A stretch of DNA of 64,000 nt from Promethearchaeota archaeon. Its GTDB lineage: Archaea > Asgardarchaeota > Lokiarchaeia > Sigyniarchaeales > SOKP01. Position numbers and translations under genes: made by a program. The notes beneath the pieces were generated by a model, which was given only the letters and a program-made list of their open reading frames with translations, had not been told where the DNA came from and ran no database searches. This document shows positions 50,876-61,886 of the stretch, piece by piece. The stretch covers positions 292,819-356,818 of the forward strand of contig JAHPZA010000003.1 in the NCBI GenBank assembly GCA_019058445.1. The letters run 5' to 3'. The stretch's first letter is position 1. The number at the start of each line of letters is the position of its first letter.

Positions 50876-52171
50876 CTATTTTCTATATACTCCATACTTA
50901 AATGTGGCATCAACCATGGCCTTTACATTTTCAGGTTGAGCTTCATCTGGTATGCCAGAAACTCCTCCATCTATGATAAAACCTCCTCCATCTTTGCAGA
51001 TTTCAATGCTTTCTTTTACATAATCTTCTACTTGTTGGGGAGTTCCCATATTTAGTAAAGATCCAGGGACATTCCCTTTTATACATGCATGACCACCGAA
51101 TAATTCTTTTGCTTTTGCTAAATCTGTTCGATCGAACCAGTATAAAACCTTTCCTTTATGTTTTTTAGCAAATTCAGCTAAATATTCTAATCGTTCGTTA
51201 TATCCCCCCTCAAGGAATAATCCGGGAATATAATTATTTTTAATCAATCCCTCCATTACACTTGTCAAACCTGGCCAATAAAATTCTTCAAATTGATCCT
51301 TGCTCATGAAACCATCAGCACCACGATGTAGTGGCATAAAAATCACTTTTATTTTTGGCGTCAATTGAGCGAGTTGAACTCCTGCTTTAATCTGCCCTTC
51401 AATAAATATATTCGTCAATTTTTTTAGTTCTTCTGGATGACGATACATATCGAGCATAGAACCTCTCATCCCCCTAAGTAGATCACTAACAACATCAAAC
51501 GGGGCCATTGCTATTCCAGTATAAAAAAGGGGAAATCCTAATTTTTTCAAGCTATTACCATAGTTATTAGTAATAGAAAAATATTTTATCAAATAATCTG
51601 AAGCTGCATTTAATGCTTCATTTATTTCTTTTGTTTTAGACATTGCACTAAAAATTGGTAAAGTAAACATGACTCCCAATCCGCTGGCCAAATTTGAAAA
51701 TTCTGGAAATTCAGAAAAACCTTGAAGTGCCCCAAACTGTCTCGGAATGACTTTTCTCAAGATAACACCTGTGGAGTCTTCAAATAGCTCCTCATATTCT
51801 TCTGCTTTTAGATATTCTCCCTCTACGAATTGAAAGGGGAGATGATCTTCCAGTCTAGAAATCTCTTCAGCGGCTCCAGGCCATTTAAAGACTCTAGCTT
51901 TTAAAATATCCATTAATTTACCTGGCCATATACTTAACAGCGGTGGCAAAGCATCGATATTTAAGGGTGTTAAAACCTCTAAATATGCCTTCGCTGTTTT
52001 TTCTAAGTCATACATCGCTTCTTTTTTAGTCATCCCATATTGTTCCGTAGGATAAAACATTACCCCTGGGACTACTGGTACACGATCAGGTTCCTTAATG
52101 TCTATAGTAGTCATTACGCGTTCATATCGTTCTTTATACAACACACGTGGTTTTTTTTCACTTACGATCAT
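50876..52171 (-). CDS. URO-D-family corrinoid methyltransferase, copy 3
   Basis: Same motifs, tandem paralog. Confidence 0.82.
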   Translation of the reverse strand: MIVSEKKPRVLYKERYERVMTTIDIKEPDRVPVVPGVMFYPTEQYGMTKKEAMYDLEKTAKAYLEVLTPLNIDALPPLLSIWPGKLMDILKARVFKWPGAAEEISRLEDHLPFQFVEGEYLKAEEYEELFEDSTGVILRKVIPRQFGALQGFSEFPEFSNLASGLGVMFTLPIFSAMSKTKEINEALNAASDYLIKYFSITNNYGNSLKKLGFPLFYTGIAMAPFDVVSDLLRGMRGSMLDMYRHPEELKKLTNIFIEGQIKAGVQLAQLTPKIKVIFMPLHRGADGFMSKDQFEEFYWPGLTSVMEGLIKNNYIPGLFLEGGYNERLEYLAEFAKKHKGKVLYWFDRTDLAKAKELFGGHACIKGNVPGSLLNMGTPQQVEDYVKESIEICKDGGGFIIDGGVSGIPDEAQPENVKAMVDATFKYGVYRK

Positions 52172-52232
52172 ATATTTTAAACCTCATTTGATTTTTATTT
52201 CTGGAAATTTCATTTTCTTATTCTTTTATTTC

Positions 52233-53525
52233 TTATTTTCTATAAACTCCATACTTAAATGAAGCGTCACACATAGCTTTCACATTTTCGGGTTTCGCTT
52301 CATCTGGAATTCCTGCGTCTGCATCAATTAAATAACCCCCACCTTCCATGCATTTTTCTATGCAAATTTTCATATATTCCTCCACTTTTAGTGGAGTTCC
52401 AACATTTAATAGAGAGGAAGGCACATTTCCCCTCAGACAAACATAATCTCCAAACATTTCTTTAGCTCTAATTATATCAGATTGACCAAAGCGATATATT
52501 AATTTCCCTTTATTCCTTTTGGCATATTCTTCTAAATAAGGAAAACGATCATCATACTTTCCCTGAAAATGTGGCATTGGAATTAATCCTCTCTCTATTA
52601 AACCATCCATAACTTTCGTTAGAGTTGGCCAATAAAACTCCTCAAACTGTTTAAGACTCATAAATCCATCTGCTCCTCTATGTAATGCGATAAACACAAC
52701 TTTATATCGGGGAAAGAGCTGAGCGATGTCTGAAGTAACGTCAATAGCAGGTTGAGTTAAAATGTCAAGTAATTTTTTCAATTCTTCAGGTTTTCGATAC
52801 ATATCTAACATCGAACCTTTCATCCCTCTCAAGAAATCACTTATAAGATCAAAAGGAGCTTGTGTATAATTAAGAAATTGTAGAGGAAAGCCCTTTTTCT
52901 TCAATTGATTTTCATAGAACATCATATCTCCTATATATTTTGCATAGGTTTTTGTGATTTCTTGTATGGTTTCAATCATTTTAGCCGCAGCTGGCGAACT
53001 GAAAAAAAGTGGAATTGTTAGTACTGAAAGGAAACCATCAGTTAAAGAACCGATATCAGGAAACTCTGAAAAAAATTTTAACTTTGAAAAATGTCTTGGA
53101 ATTAATTTACGAATAGAAAATCCAGATGGATCTGCGATAAATTCTTCATATTCATCAGCTTTCATGTATTCTCCCTCTGTAAATTGAAAAGGCTGATTCT
53201 CACTAAGTCTTTGCTCATTATCAGCCGCTCCAGGCCATTTAAAGTATTTTATTCCCAAGGCATCCATCAATGGTCCATTATTAATTTGTGCTAATGATAT
53301 AACTTGATCGACGTTGAGTTCGGAATAAATTTCTATAGCTGCTTGAGCGGATTTTGCTGAATCATACATAGCTTCTTGTTTTGTCATTCCCTTTTGAATC
53401 ATGGGATAAAAGTGAGCTAATGGAGTTATGGGTACTCGATCAGGTTCCTTTAGCTGAATAGCATCCATGACACGAAGGTTGCGTTCTTTATACAGTTCAC
53501 GCGGATTTTTTTTGCTAATATTCAT
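52233..53525 (-). CDS. URO-D-family corrinoid methyltransferase, copy 2
   Basis: Same motifs, tandem paralog. Confidence 0.82.
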   Translation of the reverse strand: MNISKKNPRELYKERNLRVMDAIQLKEPDRVPITPLAHFYPMIQKGMTKQEAMYDSAKSAQAAIEIYSELNVDQVISLAQINNGPLMDALGIKYFKWPGAADNEQRLSENQPFQFTEGEYMKADEYEEFIADPSGFSIRKLIPRHFSKLKFFSEFPDIGSLTDGFLSVLTIPLFFSSPAAAKMIETIQEITKTYAKYIGDMMFYENQLKKKGFPLQFLNYTQAPFDLISDFLRGMKGSMLDMYRKPEELKKLLDILTQPAIDVTSDIAQLFPRYKVVFIALHRGADGFMSLKQFEEFYWPTLTKVMDGLIERGLIPMPHFQGKYDDRFPYLEEYAKRNKGKLIYRFGQSDIIRAKEMFGDYVCLRGNVPSSLLNVGTPLKVEEYMKICIEKCMEGGGYLIDADAGIPDEAKPENVKAMCDASFKYGVYRK

Positions 53526-53595
53526 TTATCTTACGCCTTGATCAATTCGTTTTTCTCAATTATCTTTATATTTCTTTATTTTCATGTTTTCTTAA

Positions 53596-54882
53596 TCATT
53601 TTCTATAACTTCCGTATTTATATACTGCCTCACACATCGCTTTCACATTTTCAGGTTTAGCCTCGTTAGGGATTCCTAATCCGCCATCCACTATGTATCC
53701 TCCTCCTTCCATACATCCTTCGATACATTCTTTAACATAATCTTCAACTTGACGTGTAGTTCCTGTAATTAGGAGTGTAGCAGGAACATTGCCACGTATA
53801 CAAGCATAATCTCCAAACATCTCCTTACCTTTGATAATATCGGACTGGTCAAACCAATATATTAATTTACCTTTATGTTTTTTAGCAAAATCAGTCAAAT
53901 ATTCAAATCTATCAGAATATTTTCCTTCAAAAAAAGGCATAGGAATTAGGCCATTCTCTATAAGACTTTCCATTACTTGTGTAAGGCTAGGCCAATAAAA
54001 GGTTTCGAATTGATCAAAATTCATGAAACCTTCAGCCCCACGATGTAGAGGAATCATAACTACCTTTTGCTTAGGAAAGAATTGAGCGATATCAGCGGTA
54101 ATTTTAATAGATGGCTCGATAATTAAATCTAATAGTTTTAATAAATCTTCAGGCCTTCGATACATATCTAACATACTCCCACGCATACCTCTTAGAAATT
54201 CACTTATAATATCAAAAGGAGCTTGAGTTACATTAGCATATTGTATAGGGAAACCTAATTTTTTCATATCTTTTTCATATTTTTGCCAATCTCCCAATAG
54301 GCTGAAAAAAGTATTAATAAGTTCTTGAGCATTTTTTAAGAATTTTTGTACATTAGGATGACCGATGAACAAGGGTAACAAAAGCATTCCAACAAAACCA
54401 TTTGCCAATGCACCTATCCCTGGAATCTCTGCAAATCCCGCTAGGGTAGCAAAATGTCTCGGAATAATATTCTTTAGGAGAAAACCTGTAGGATCAGCAA
54501 AAAAGTCTTCATATTCTTCAGCTTTCATATATTCCCCTTCCACAAATTGGAAGGGTAAATGATCAGCTAATCGCTGGTTATCATCAGCAGCGCCCGGCCA
54601 TTTGAAGAATTTTACTTGTAGAGCATCAAATAATTTACCTGAATAATTACCCGCTAAAGTTGGAACTTGGTCTAAGTTTAAAGCACTTAATATCTCAATT
54701 GCCGCTTGAGCGGATTTTTTAGAATCATACATCGCTTCCTTTATTGTCATACCTTTTTGAAGCATGGGATAAAATTGAATTTCTGGAGTAATAGGCACCC
54801 GATCAGATTCCTTTAAGCTAATTGCATCAATGACTCTTTGATTCCTTTCCTTAAACAATTCCCTAGGTTTATTTTCCCCCAT
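53596..54882 (-). CDS. URO-D-family corrinoid methyltransferase, copy 1
   Basis: Same motifs. Start at MGENKP (54882) chosen by alignment with the paralogs. Confidence 0.82.
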   Translation of the reverse strand: MGENKPRELFKERNQRVIDAISLKESDRVPITPEIQFYPMLQKGMTIKEAMYDSKKSAQAAIEILSALNLDQVPTLAGNYSGKLFDALQVKFFKWPGAADDNQRLADHLPFQFVEGEYMKAEEYEDFFADPTGFLLKNIIPRHFATLAGFAEIPGIGALANGFVGMLLLPLFIGHPNVQKFLKNAQELINTFFSLLGDWQKYEKDMKKLGFPIQYANVTQAPFDIISEFLRGMRGSMLDMYRRPEDLLKLLDLIIEPSIKITADIAQFFPKQKVVMIPLHRGAEGFMNFDQFETFYWPSLTQVMESLIENGLIPMPFFEGKYSDRFEYLTDFAKKHKGKLIYWFDQSDIIKGKEMFGDYACIRGNVPATLLITGTTRQVEDYVKECIEGCMEGGGYIVDGGLGIPNEAKPENVKAMCEAVYKYGSYRK

Positions 54883-54893
54883 TCCAAAGATCC

Positions 54894-55517
54894 TCAAACC
54901 CATTCTTTTACTAAATTTACGGCATCAACAGCACTTTCTCCATAAGCATCGGCTCCTACATATTCAACAATTCGCTCGTCAACCGTACCTCCTCCTATCA
55001 TAATCTTTATTGATTTTCTTAAACCTGCATCCTTAATTTTTTGGATGATTTCTTTCATGGAATCAAATGCAAGAGTTAAAAAACCACTTAATGCAAGGAC
55101 TTGAGGTTTATAGTCTTTCATGCTGTCTACAAATTTATCAGCTGACACATCAACACCTAAGTCTAACACGTCAAAACCATTTGCATCAAGCATAAATTTC
55201 ACGACATCTTTACCAATATCATGAATATCTCCAGCTACAGTACCTAAGAGCACTTTGCCTTTCTTCTTTTCTGAAGCACCAGTTTCTTTTAATTTAGGGG
55301 AGAGCATTTCAAATAATTGACGTAGGATTTCTCCAGACATGATTAAATCGGGAAGAAAGTACTCTTTCTTTTCAAATCTTTCACCAATACCTTTCATAGC
55401 TTCTTTTATTTCTTCCATAATTGCCAGAGGATCCTCATTATTATCCAGCTTAAATTTTAGCATCTCAATAACTTTGTTCTCATTCAATTCAACAATTTCA
55501 TCAATAAAATTAGACAA
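54894..55517 (-). CDS. Cobalamin-binding corrinoid protein (MtaC/MtvC type)
   Basis: YFLPDL cap domain, GDIHDIGK (DxHxxG), LGVDV, SG and IGGG motifs. Confidence 0.93.
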   Translation of the reverse strand: MSNFIDEIVELNENKVIEMLKFKLDNNEDPLAIMEEIKEAMKGIGERFEKKEYFLPDLIMSGEILRQLFEMLSPKLKETGASEKKKGKVLLGTVAGDIHDIGKDVVKFMLDANGFDVLDLGVDVSADKFVDSMKDYKPQVLALSGFLTLAFDSMKEIIQKIKDAGLRKSIKIMIGGGTVDERIVEYVGADAYGESAVDAVNLVKEWV

Positions 55518-55659
55518 ACCGTATCAACTCAAGTTTTTTTGTTTTAATCTTTCTTTAGATAATTTCATAAATAAATGTTATTCAACTCTTCTTTTAAGAG
55601 ATTTATATTTTTCAAAAAAAAGAAATTGTATTAGTACTTATTTAGTTGTGACTATTTAA

Positions 55660-57066
55660 TTATAAGCCTAATTCTCGCATTTTACTTTTCATGGCATTTT
55701 TTTTTTCTCCTTTCAAATCAAACCACAAAATCATTACAATAGTAGCTGCTAAACAAAAAATCATTGGAATAAGTGCTAGATGAACACGAATACCCCATAT
55801 TGCTGGGGCAGTTTGTGTTGCTTCTGGTTCTGGATTGTATCCTGTAAAAATATGGATATAACCAATGATTAAAGCTTGAAAAATAACAGCGCTACGCATA
55901 AATATAGTTCTAATTCCAAGAAGAGTAGCTTCCTGATGTTTACCACACGCAAGAGTAACTTCATCATAACAATCAGCGACTAATGGTAATACCATAGCAG
56001 AAAAGCATGAATATGCTATCCCACGTGGAATAGCAAAAATAATTGTCTCTTCCAATGTTGTTACCCATAAATAAGGTATATACGTAAGAGTTGATAATAA
56101 TACTCCGAGAATATATGTCTTTAAAATCCCATGTTTTACGGCAAACGAAACCCAAAACGGGAGTGATATCATAACAGCTAAATAGAATGCAATAGTAGGA
56201 TATATGGAATAGATGATCGGTAGATTTAAAACATCCTTAAAGAAATAAATACTTGAAGCCATGTTCAAAGTCATTCCAAAAGTAACTAATGTCGAGGATA
56301 AAAGAGAAACCGTAAAATTTCTTTGAGTCAATGATATTTTCATCATCTTTAAAAAAGGGATACGTTCTGTATCCTCATATCCTTGCATGTAGCGAAATTT
56401 AATTTCCTCAGTTTCACGAATGCCCGGAATAAGAAATAGCACACAAATTCCCATTACTATGGAGCTTACAATTGCCGTTAGAACGAAAGAACTCTTATCA
56501 CCATATTTAAGGATAAAAAATGGAATTATATTCAGTATAAATAATAGTATTCCAGGGAAAATGAAAGCTAAAGCACTTGCTCTCCTTCTTTCAAATTCCT
56601 CACGGAAATGGTTTGCAAAACCTCCTTCATAATGTTGTCGGAAAATTGATAAAAATGTGCCAAAAAGACATGACATTATTAATAAGTACCAAAAAAGAAA
56701 CCAGGAATTAGATTTAGCATCTACATTAGGGGGAGTATAAAGAAGAACATAGAAAATTAAGATTGGTGCTGACGAGAACATTATCCAAGGAAACCGAAAG
56801 CCCCATTTCTTGGACCATTTGAAAGGTTTATCAGTCAAATAGCCTAAAATCGGGCTACTAATAATTGTGTATATTGTAAATATGATAATCGCTAAGGAAA
56901 CCAATTCTACATTTAAATTAACCTCAACTTCATAAAAATAAAAAACGAAAGCTGTGTAAGCTGATAATACATAAAGAGTAAGAATGAATCCAAAAGAATA
57001 GGACATCATTTTCTTTGTTGAAGCGATTTTCCAATTTCTAGGATCCGTTATATCATCTGAATTCAT
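55660..57066 (-). CDS. GPH/MelB-family MFS transporter (divergent subgroup)
   Basis: PILGYLTDKPFKWSKKWGFRFPW motif. The conserved ND is replaced by SS. Confidence 0.88.
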   Translation of the reverse strand: MNSDDITDPRNWKIASTKKMMSYSFGFILTLYVLSAYTAFVFYFYEVEVNLNVELVSLAIIIFTIYTIISSPILGYLTDKPFKWSKKWGFRFPWIMFSSAPILIFYVLLYTPPNVDAKSNSWFLFWYLLIMSCLFGTFLSIFRQHYEGGFANHFREEFERRRASALAFIFPGILLFILNIIPFFILKYGDKSSFVLTAIVSSIVMGICVLFLIPGIRETEEIKFRYMQGYEDTERIPFLKMMKISLTQRNFTVSLLSSTLVTFGMTLNMASSIYFFKDVLNLPIIYSIYPTIAFYLAVMISLPFWVSFAVKHGILKTYILGVLLSTLTYIPYLWVTTLEETIIFAIPRGIAYSCFSAMVLPLVADCYDEVTLACGKHQEATLLGIRTIFMRSAVIFQALIIGYIHIFTGYNPEPEATQTAPAIWGIRVHLALIPMIFCLAATIVMILWFDLKGEKKNAMKSKMRELGL

Positions 57067-57200
57067 AAATTATTATACTTGGTAAATTACTTTTTTAAAT
57101 TATTAATATCAATTAATTTAATTGTCACTTCTAATTAATATGGAAATCTTTAATAATAATTTGATTAAAGCTATGAATTTTACAAAAGAGTATATAATAT

Positions 57201-58610
57201 TTATAGGCCTCTTTCACGAAGTTTTGCCTTCAAGATAGTTTTTTTCTCAGAATCAAGGTCATAAAAGAGAAATACTATAGCACACGCTATAAAGCAAAGC
57301 ATCATTGGAATAAGTGCTCTGTGAATTCTTATCCCCCAAATCGCTAATGGAGTTTGAATTGCATTTGGGTCTTGGTTATATCCTGTAGCAATATGAATCC
57401 CACCGATAATGAGAGCCGTAAAGAGAAGAGAGCTACGTACAAAAAAATTTCTAATTCCATGAAGTGTTGCCTCTTGGTGCCGTCCGCACGCAAATGTGAC
57501 TTCATCATAACAATCAGAAGCAATTGGTAATATAATAAATGTGGTGCATGACGTTGCAATTCCACGTAAAATAGAAAAAAGAATAACTTCCCAAAGAGTT
57601 GTTATCCATAAATACGGGACATGGGCCGCCGTTAATAGTAACAAACCAACAATATAGGTTTTTTTGTTGCCATGTTTCCTCGAAAAAGAAACCCAAAATG
57701 GTACAAAAATTATTAATGTTATAAAATAGATAATAGAGGGAATTACAGAAAAGGAAAGCGGGAGTCCTAATATATCTTTAAAAAAATAAATGCTTGATGC
57801 TGATACTAAAGCAGTAGATATATTGGTAAGGGTAAAAGTAACAATAGTTATAGTAAAGTTTTTTTGTTTAAACGTTATTTTTATCATTTCCCCGAAATGT
57901 AGTTTTTCATCGGATTCAAAACCCTGTAGGTACCTCATTTTAAGTTCTTCAGATTCGGAGATTCCTGGTATGAGAATGATAAGACAGACTGCTAAAATTA
58001 AAACACTTATCAGTGCCGTTAAGAAAAAGGAAGATTTGTCTCCATATTTAATAATAAATAGAGGTAATATTGACATAAAGAAAAGAATAATTCCTGGAAA
58101 AATAAATGCTAACGCACTTGCTCTTCTACGTTCATATTCTTCACGAAATTGATTTGGAAATCCTCCTTGGAGATTTTGACGATAAATTGTGAAAAAAGTG
58201 CCATAAATACATGAAATAATTAATAAATACCAAAAAACAGCCCATGGATTTGTTTTAGCATCAATATTTGGAGGCAAAAAAACAAGGAGGTAAAAAATTA
58301 ATGCGGGAATACCAGCGAATATTATCCAAGGAGCCCGAAATCCCCATCTTTTTGACCATTTGAATGGTCTATTAGTTAAATAACCTAAGATAGGACCCGT
58401 AGCTAGAGTCCATATTGTAAATATAATGATTGCGGCTGAAACTAATTCAACTTTCAACCCGACTTCGACCTCATAAAAATAGAATATAAACGAGCTATAA
58501 GCTAATAAAAGATAAAGCGTGAGGATAAATCCAAACGAATAGGACATCATTTTCTTTGTAGAAGCGATCTCCCAGTTTTTTGGATTAGTAATATCATCCT
58601 CTATACTCAT
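57201..58610 (-). CDS. GPH/MelB-family MFS transporter (divergent subgroup)
   Basis: Close paralog of 55660-57066. Confidence 0.88.
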   Translation of the reverse strand: MSIEDDITNPKNWEIASTKKMMSYSFGFILTLYLLLAYSSFIFYFYEVEVGLKVELVSAAIIIFTIWTLATGPILGYLTNRPFKWSKRWGFRAPWIIFAGIPALIFYLLVFLPPNIDAKTNPWAVFWYLLIISCIYGTFFTIYRQNLQGGFPNQFREEYERRRASALAFIFPGIILFFMSILPLFIIKYGDKSSFFLTALISVLILAVCLIILIPGISESEELKMRYLQGFESDEKLHFGEMIKITFKQKNFTITIVTFTLTNISTALVSASSIYFFKDILGLPLSFSVIPSIIYFITLIIFVPFWVSFSRKHGNKKTYIVGLLLLTAAHVPYLWITTLWEVILFSILRGIATSCTTFIILPIASDCYDEVTFACGRHQEATLHGIRNFFVRSSLLFTALIIGGIHIATGYNQDPNAIQTPLAIWGIRIHRALIPMMLCFIACAIVFLFYDLDSEKKTILKAKLRERGL

Positions 58611-58768
58611 ATTTAGAATTTCCCTTAGTTTTTTCTTATTATTAACAAATAATTGAATTTTACTTGTTACTAAATTTAAAAATTTTTAATCTTTAGTTAT
58701 AGTCTTATACTATTTATAATTTTAGTTAAATCACAATTTAAAATGAAAATAGAAAAAAAATGTTATGA

Positions 58769-60031
58769 TTATATTACTCTTTTAACCAATTCAGAAAGGT
58801 CCAATGCCTGTATCTTATTATTTTTAATATTATTTTTGAACTGGTTTAAACAGAAAGGACAGCAGGACACAATTGCTTCTGCGGTGGTTTCTTTCGCCTC
58901 TTGAATTCGTTCATTTGCTGCAAATGAAGATAATTCATTAAACGCAGACCTAACACCGCCTCCAGAACCACAACACCAAGCATTCTGCCGATTTCGATCC
59001 ATTTCAATTAATTCTATTCCAGGAATTCTTCTTAAAACATCCCTAGGTTGTTCATATATCCCCATATGCCGTCCAATATGGCATGGATCGTGATAAGTAA
59101 TTTTCATTGGCGTTTTATTGTTGTTAATTTTTAATTCTCCACTGGATAATTTTTTAAGCAAAAATTCAGGAAGATGAGTTATCTCGATTCCATGATCAAG
59201 CCCGAATTTATTAGGATATGTATCTTTCCATGTTCTATAACATCCAGCACAAGAAGTGATGATCTGCTCAATTCCCGCATCTTTATAGGCTTTCACATTA
59301 TTTTCGGCAATTTCCTTAGCTTTCTCTGTTTGACCCGTCATATAAACGGGTGAACTACAGCATTTTTCTTCTTCTAGAATTTTAAAATCGACCTGAAGCG
59401 AATTTAAAATTTCCGCTGTCGCAATTGCGATCCCTTGTTCCCTATAACTGGAGGTGCACCCTACAAAATAGGCCAATTTGGCATCTGGCGTTTGTTTTAT
59501 GTGTGATGGTAACCAATTTAACCTATCTGCGTGCTTTTCCATATATGGATTATTCTCTTTTAATACATGCTCAGAATATCTCGCCTGTTCTGGCATGGGT
59601 CCAAAACCTAATTTGACAGCGTCCTCTCTCATAGCCATTAACCATTCCCCTGCAAAATTATGAATCTCTGGAATTTGACACTGCTGAGTGCACGCTAAAC
59701 AGAGGGAACATTGGTAAAAGATGTTAGCTAACTTCTCTGTCCATTTAAGAGTTTCTGATGATACTGCCCAAGCAAGAAGATTCTTTCCACCAAGATAATA
59801 AGCTTCAAACTTACCAAATTCTCCAGAAGGACAAATACGAGCCCATCCTTCTTCATGATAAGCAGTCCGACATGTACCGCATTTACCGCATTGATAAAAA
59901 ATATCTTTATAATAGTCTAAATTTTTATTCCGGTCAAGTTTTTGTTGAGTAGCGACCTTGGTTAATTTTGTGATGCCTTTTCCTTCAAGATATTCAATAG
60001 GTTCTTTCTCAACCGTGTTAATCTCCTCCAA
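58769..60031 (-). CDS. Fe-S/CCG-domain oxidoreductase subunit (GlcF/HdrD-like)
   Basis: CGKCGTC, CSLCLACTQQC, FVGC, YHDPCH, CCGSGGG and CPFC motifs. Confidence 0.88.
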   Translation of the reverse strand: MEEINTVEKEPIEYLEGKGITKLTKVATQQKLDRNKNLDYYKDIFYQCGKCGTCRTAYHEEGWARICPSGEFGKFEAYYLGGKNLLAWAVSSETLKWTEKLANIFYQCSLCLACTQQCQIPEIHNFAGEWLMAMREDAVKLGFGPMPEQARYSEHVLKENNPYMEKHADRLNWLPSHIKQTPDAKLAYFVGCTSSYREQGIAIATAEILNSLQVDFKILEEEKCCSSPVYMTGQTEKAKEIAENNVKAYKDAGIEQIITSCAGCYRTWKDTYPNKFGLDHGIEITHLPEFLLKKLSSGELKINNNKTPMKITYHDPCHIGRHMGIYEQPRDVLRRIPGIELIEMDRNRQNAWCCGSGGGVRSAFNELSSFAANERIQEAKETTAEAIVSCCPFCLNQFKNNIKNNKIQALDLSELVKRVI

Positions 60032-61493
60032 TTCCTTGTCCCGGATTCATAATATTATTCGGATCAACCACTTTTTTGATATCTTCTATTAGCTTAGTAG
60101 TACCTGGAATAGTTTTATCCTTATAATATTGTACAGCCCATATTGGGGGCTTATACATAACCACTCCATCTAATTCCTGAACAGCTTCATGAATTTCGTG
60201 TAGTACTTTTCTTGCCGTTTTGATTTCCTCTGGATCATTTTTGTTGAAATTAATATTCGTTCGCGCTACACAGTAATGCCCACCGAATAATAGTCTACCG
60301 TAAAATTGAGGGGGTCGATTATATTTAATACACACTTCCCTTGATAAATTATAGTATTTTGCTACATTCCTAGTAGAAACATAGGAACCTATCCACTCTC
60401 CGCCGCCTCCTCTTGAAAAATTCCAACACCCCCAGAACTGCATTGGAGTTTGTCCTCCTGTAGAAGGAGTTAGATGCCCCATAAGACCTTGTAAATTCTC
60501 TGGAAATGACTCCATTTGCTCCTTAACACTAAGAGGATCTAAATTAAATTCATTACAGATATCTCTAATGGCTTCACATTGCGCTTCATGTTGTTTTTCT
60601 GTATATGCTTGCGTTGAGATGAGTCCAAGAAAATCTGGCAGCCCTAGCTCTACTGGATCATTAGCTACATTATTCTGGTCCAGACACATAAGTGATTGAG
60701 CCCAACCTAAATTGATGATACAAAGGTCAATGATTCCTAAACCTGCTTTAGAAAGCTTAAGCATCAATGGAACACCCTCCTCAACCGTTTGAGCAATAGG
60801 TAGAAAATCTGCTCTATATGGCAGTTTTGGCCATAATTTTATGCCCATTTTGGTTACAACGCCAGTAGTTCCCTCCCAACCAATAAATAATCCAGTAAGG
60901 TCTGGTAGCGGCTGCCTTCCATACCAATAATTCGAAAGACTACATGAACCAACTCTTACCAATTCTCCTGAACCTAAAACAGCTTCTATCCCATTAACAA
61001 ATTCAGCACCAGTTCCTCCCTGCATTCCGAGATCAAACATCCCATAGCATAAGCAAGAAGGAATTACACCAGTACCGGGTGGTGACCAGGTTATTCCCGC
61101 CTTGAAATTCGGATGGTGTTTATCAAGATATCCTTTTAAATCTGCCCATGTTACTCCACCTTCTAGTACGGCATACATATCATCTTCATTGACTTCTAAG
61201 ATTCTATTCATTCTTCTCATATCAATTACTATTCCGCCTCTTCGAGGAGTTGCAATTGAACCAAAATTTATGCCAGAAACCCACGGTACTACCGGAATAC
61301 GATTTTTATTTGCGATTTTAATAATCTCTTGAACTTCTTCAGCAGAATTCGGCATTATGGCTATATCGCATTTACCTTCAGGTTCTGCGGTAATAAAATC
61401 ATAATGATATAAGTAAGTGATTTCAGGATCATCTGATACATATTTTTCACCCACAACGGATTCTAACTCTGATACAATTTCATGACTAATCAT
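60018..61493 (-). CDS. FAD-binding oxidoreductase (VAO/PCMH, GlcD-like)
   Basis: P..AEEVQ, GGIVIDMRRMN, EGTTGVVTK and DPNNIMNPG motifs. Overlaps the Fe-S partner gene. Confidence 0.88.
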   Translation of the reverse strand: MISHEIVSELESVVGEKYVSDDPEITYLYHYDFITAEPEGKCDIAIMPNSAEEVQEIIKIANKNRIPVVPWVSGINFGSIATPRRGGIVIDMRRMNRILEVNEDDMYAVLEGGVTWADLKGYLDKHHPNFKAGITWSPPGTGVIPSCLCYGMFDLGMQGGTGAEFVNGIEAVLGSGELVRVGSCSLSNYWYGRQPLPDLTGLFIGWEGTTGVVTKMGIKLWPKLPYRADFLPIAQTVEEGVPLMLKLSKAGLGIIDLCIINLGWAQSLMCLDQNNVANDPVELGLPDFLGLISTQAYTEKQHEAQCEAIRDICNEFNLDPLSVKEQMESFPENLQGLMGHLTPSTGGQTPMQFWGCWNFSRGGGGEWIGSYVSTRNVAKYYNLSREVCIKYNRPPQFYGRLLFGGHYCVARTNINFNKNDPEEIKTARKVLHEIHEAVQELDGVVMYKPPIWAVQYYKDKTIPGTTKLIEDIKKVVDPNNIMNPGQGIGGD

Positions 61494-61886
61494 TTCTCAT
61501 ACATCTTTATTTATTTAAAATAGGAATATTATAATTATTGCTAATCTTTTATTAAAGGATTATCGTTAATTAAGAAAAGTCTTCCTTTATTTAGAAAATA
61601 ATCAAATATTAATAATTTTAAAATCGAATTCTAAATTAGACAACATAACTAAACACTAATTATGAGAAAAGATGTTAAATATAGAAATGCCGGATGATAT
61701 GATTTCTTTGTCGTTATATAACATATTTAATTATCGAAAAAACGACAGGAAATTTCTCAAACATGCTAAGAATTGGAATAAGAGAATAATCCTACATATA
61801 AAACCATTTTATCCTGTAAGGAAAAATCATCTAAAAATAGAAATTTTATTGTATAAATTTCATTTACGATTTAAATAGAATTAATT

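Noticed and set aside
46619-53598. Other genes ending in TGA as possible C-terminal Sec proteins
   Set aside because: I saw no SECIS-like GAAUGA...UGAC-hairpin downstream. For the methyltransferases, paralogs end in TAA/TAG at the same position.
3062-61332. Numerous 60-126 aa ORFs nested in or antisense to long genes
   Set aside because: They overlap well-supported CDSs and lack motifs, so they are treated as shadow ORFs.
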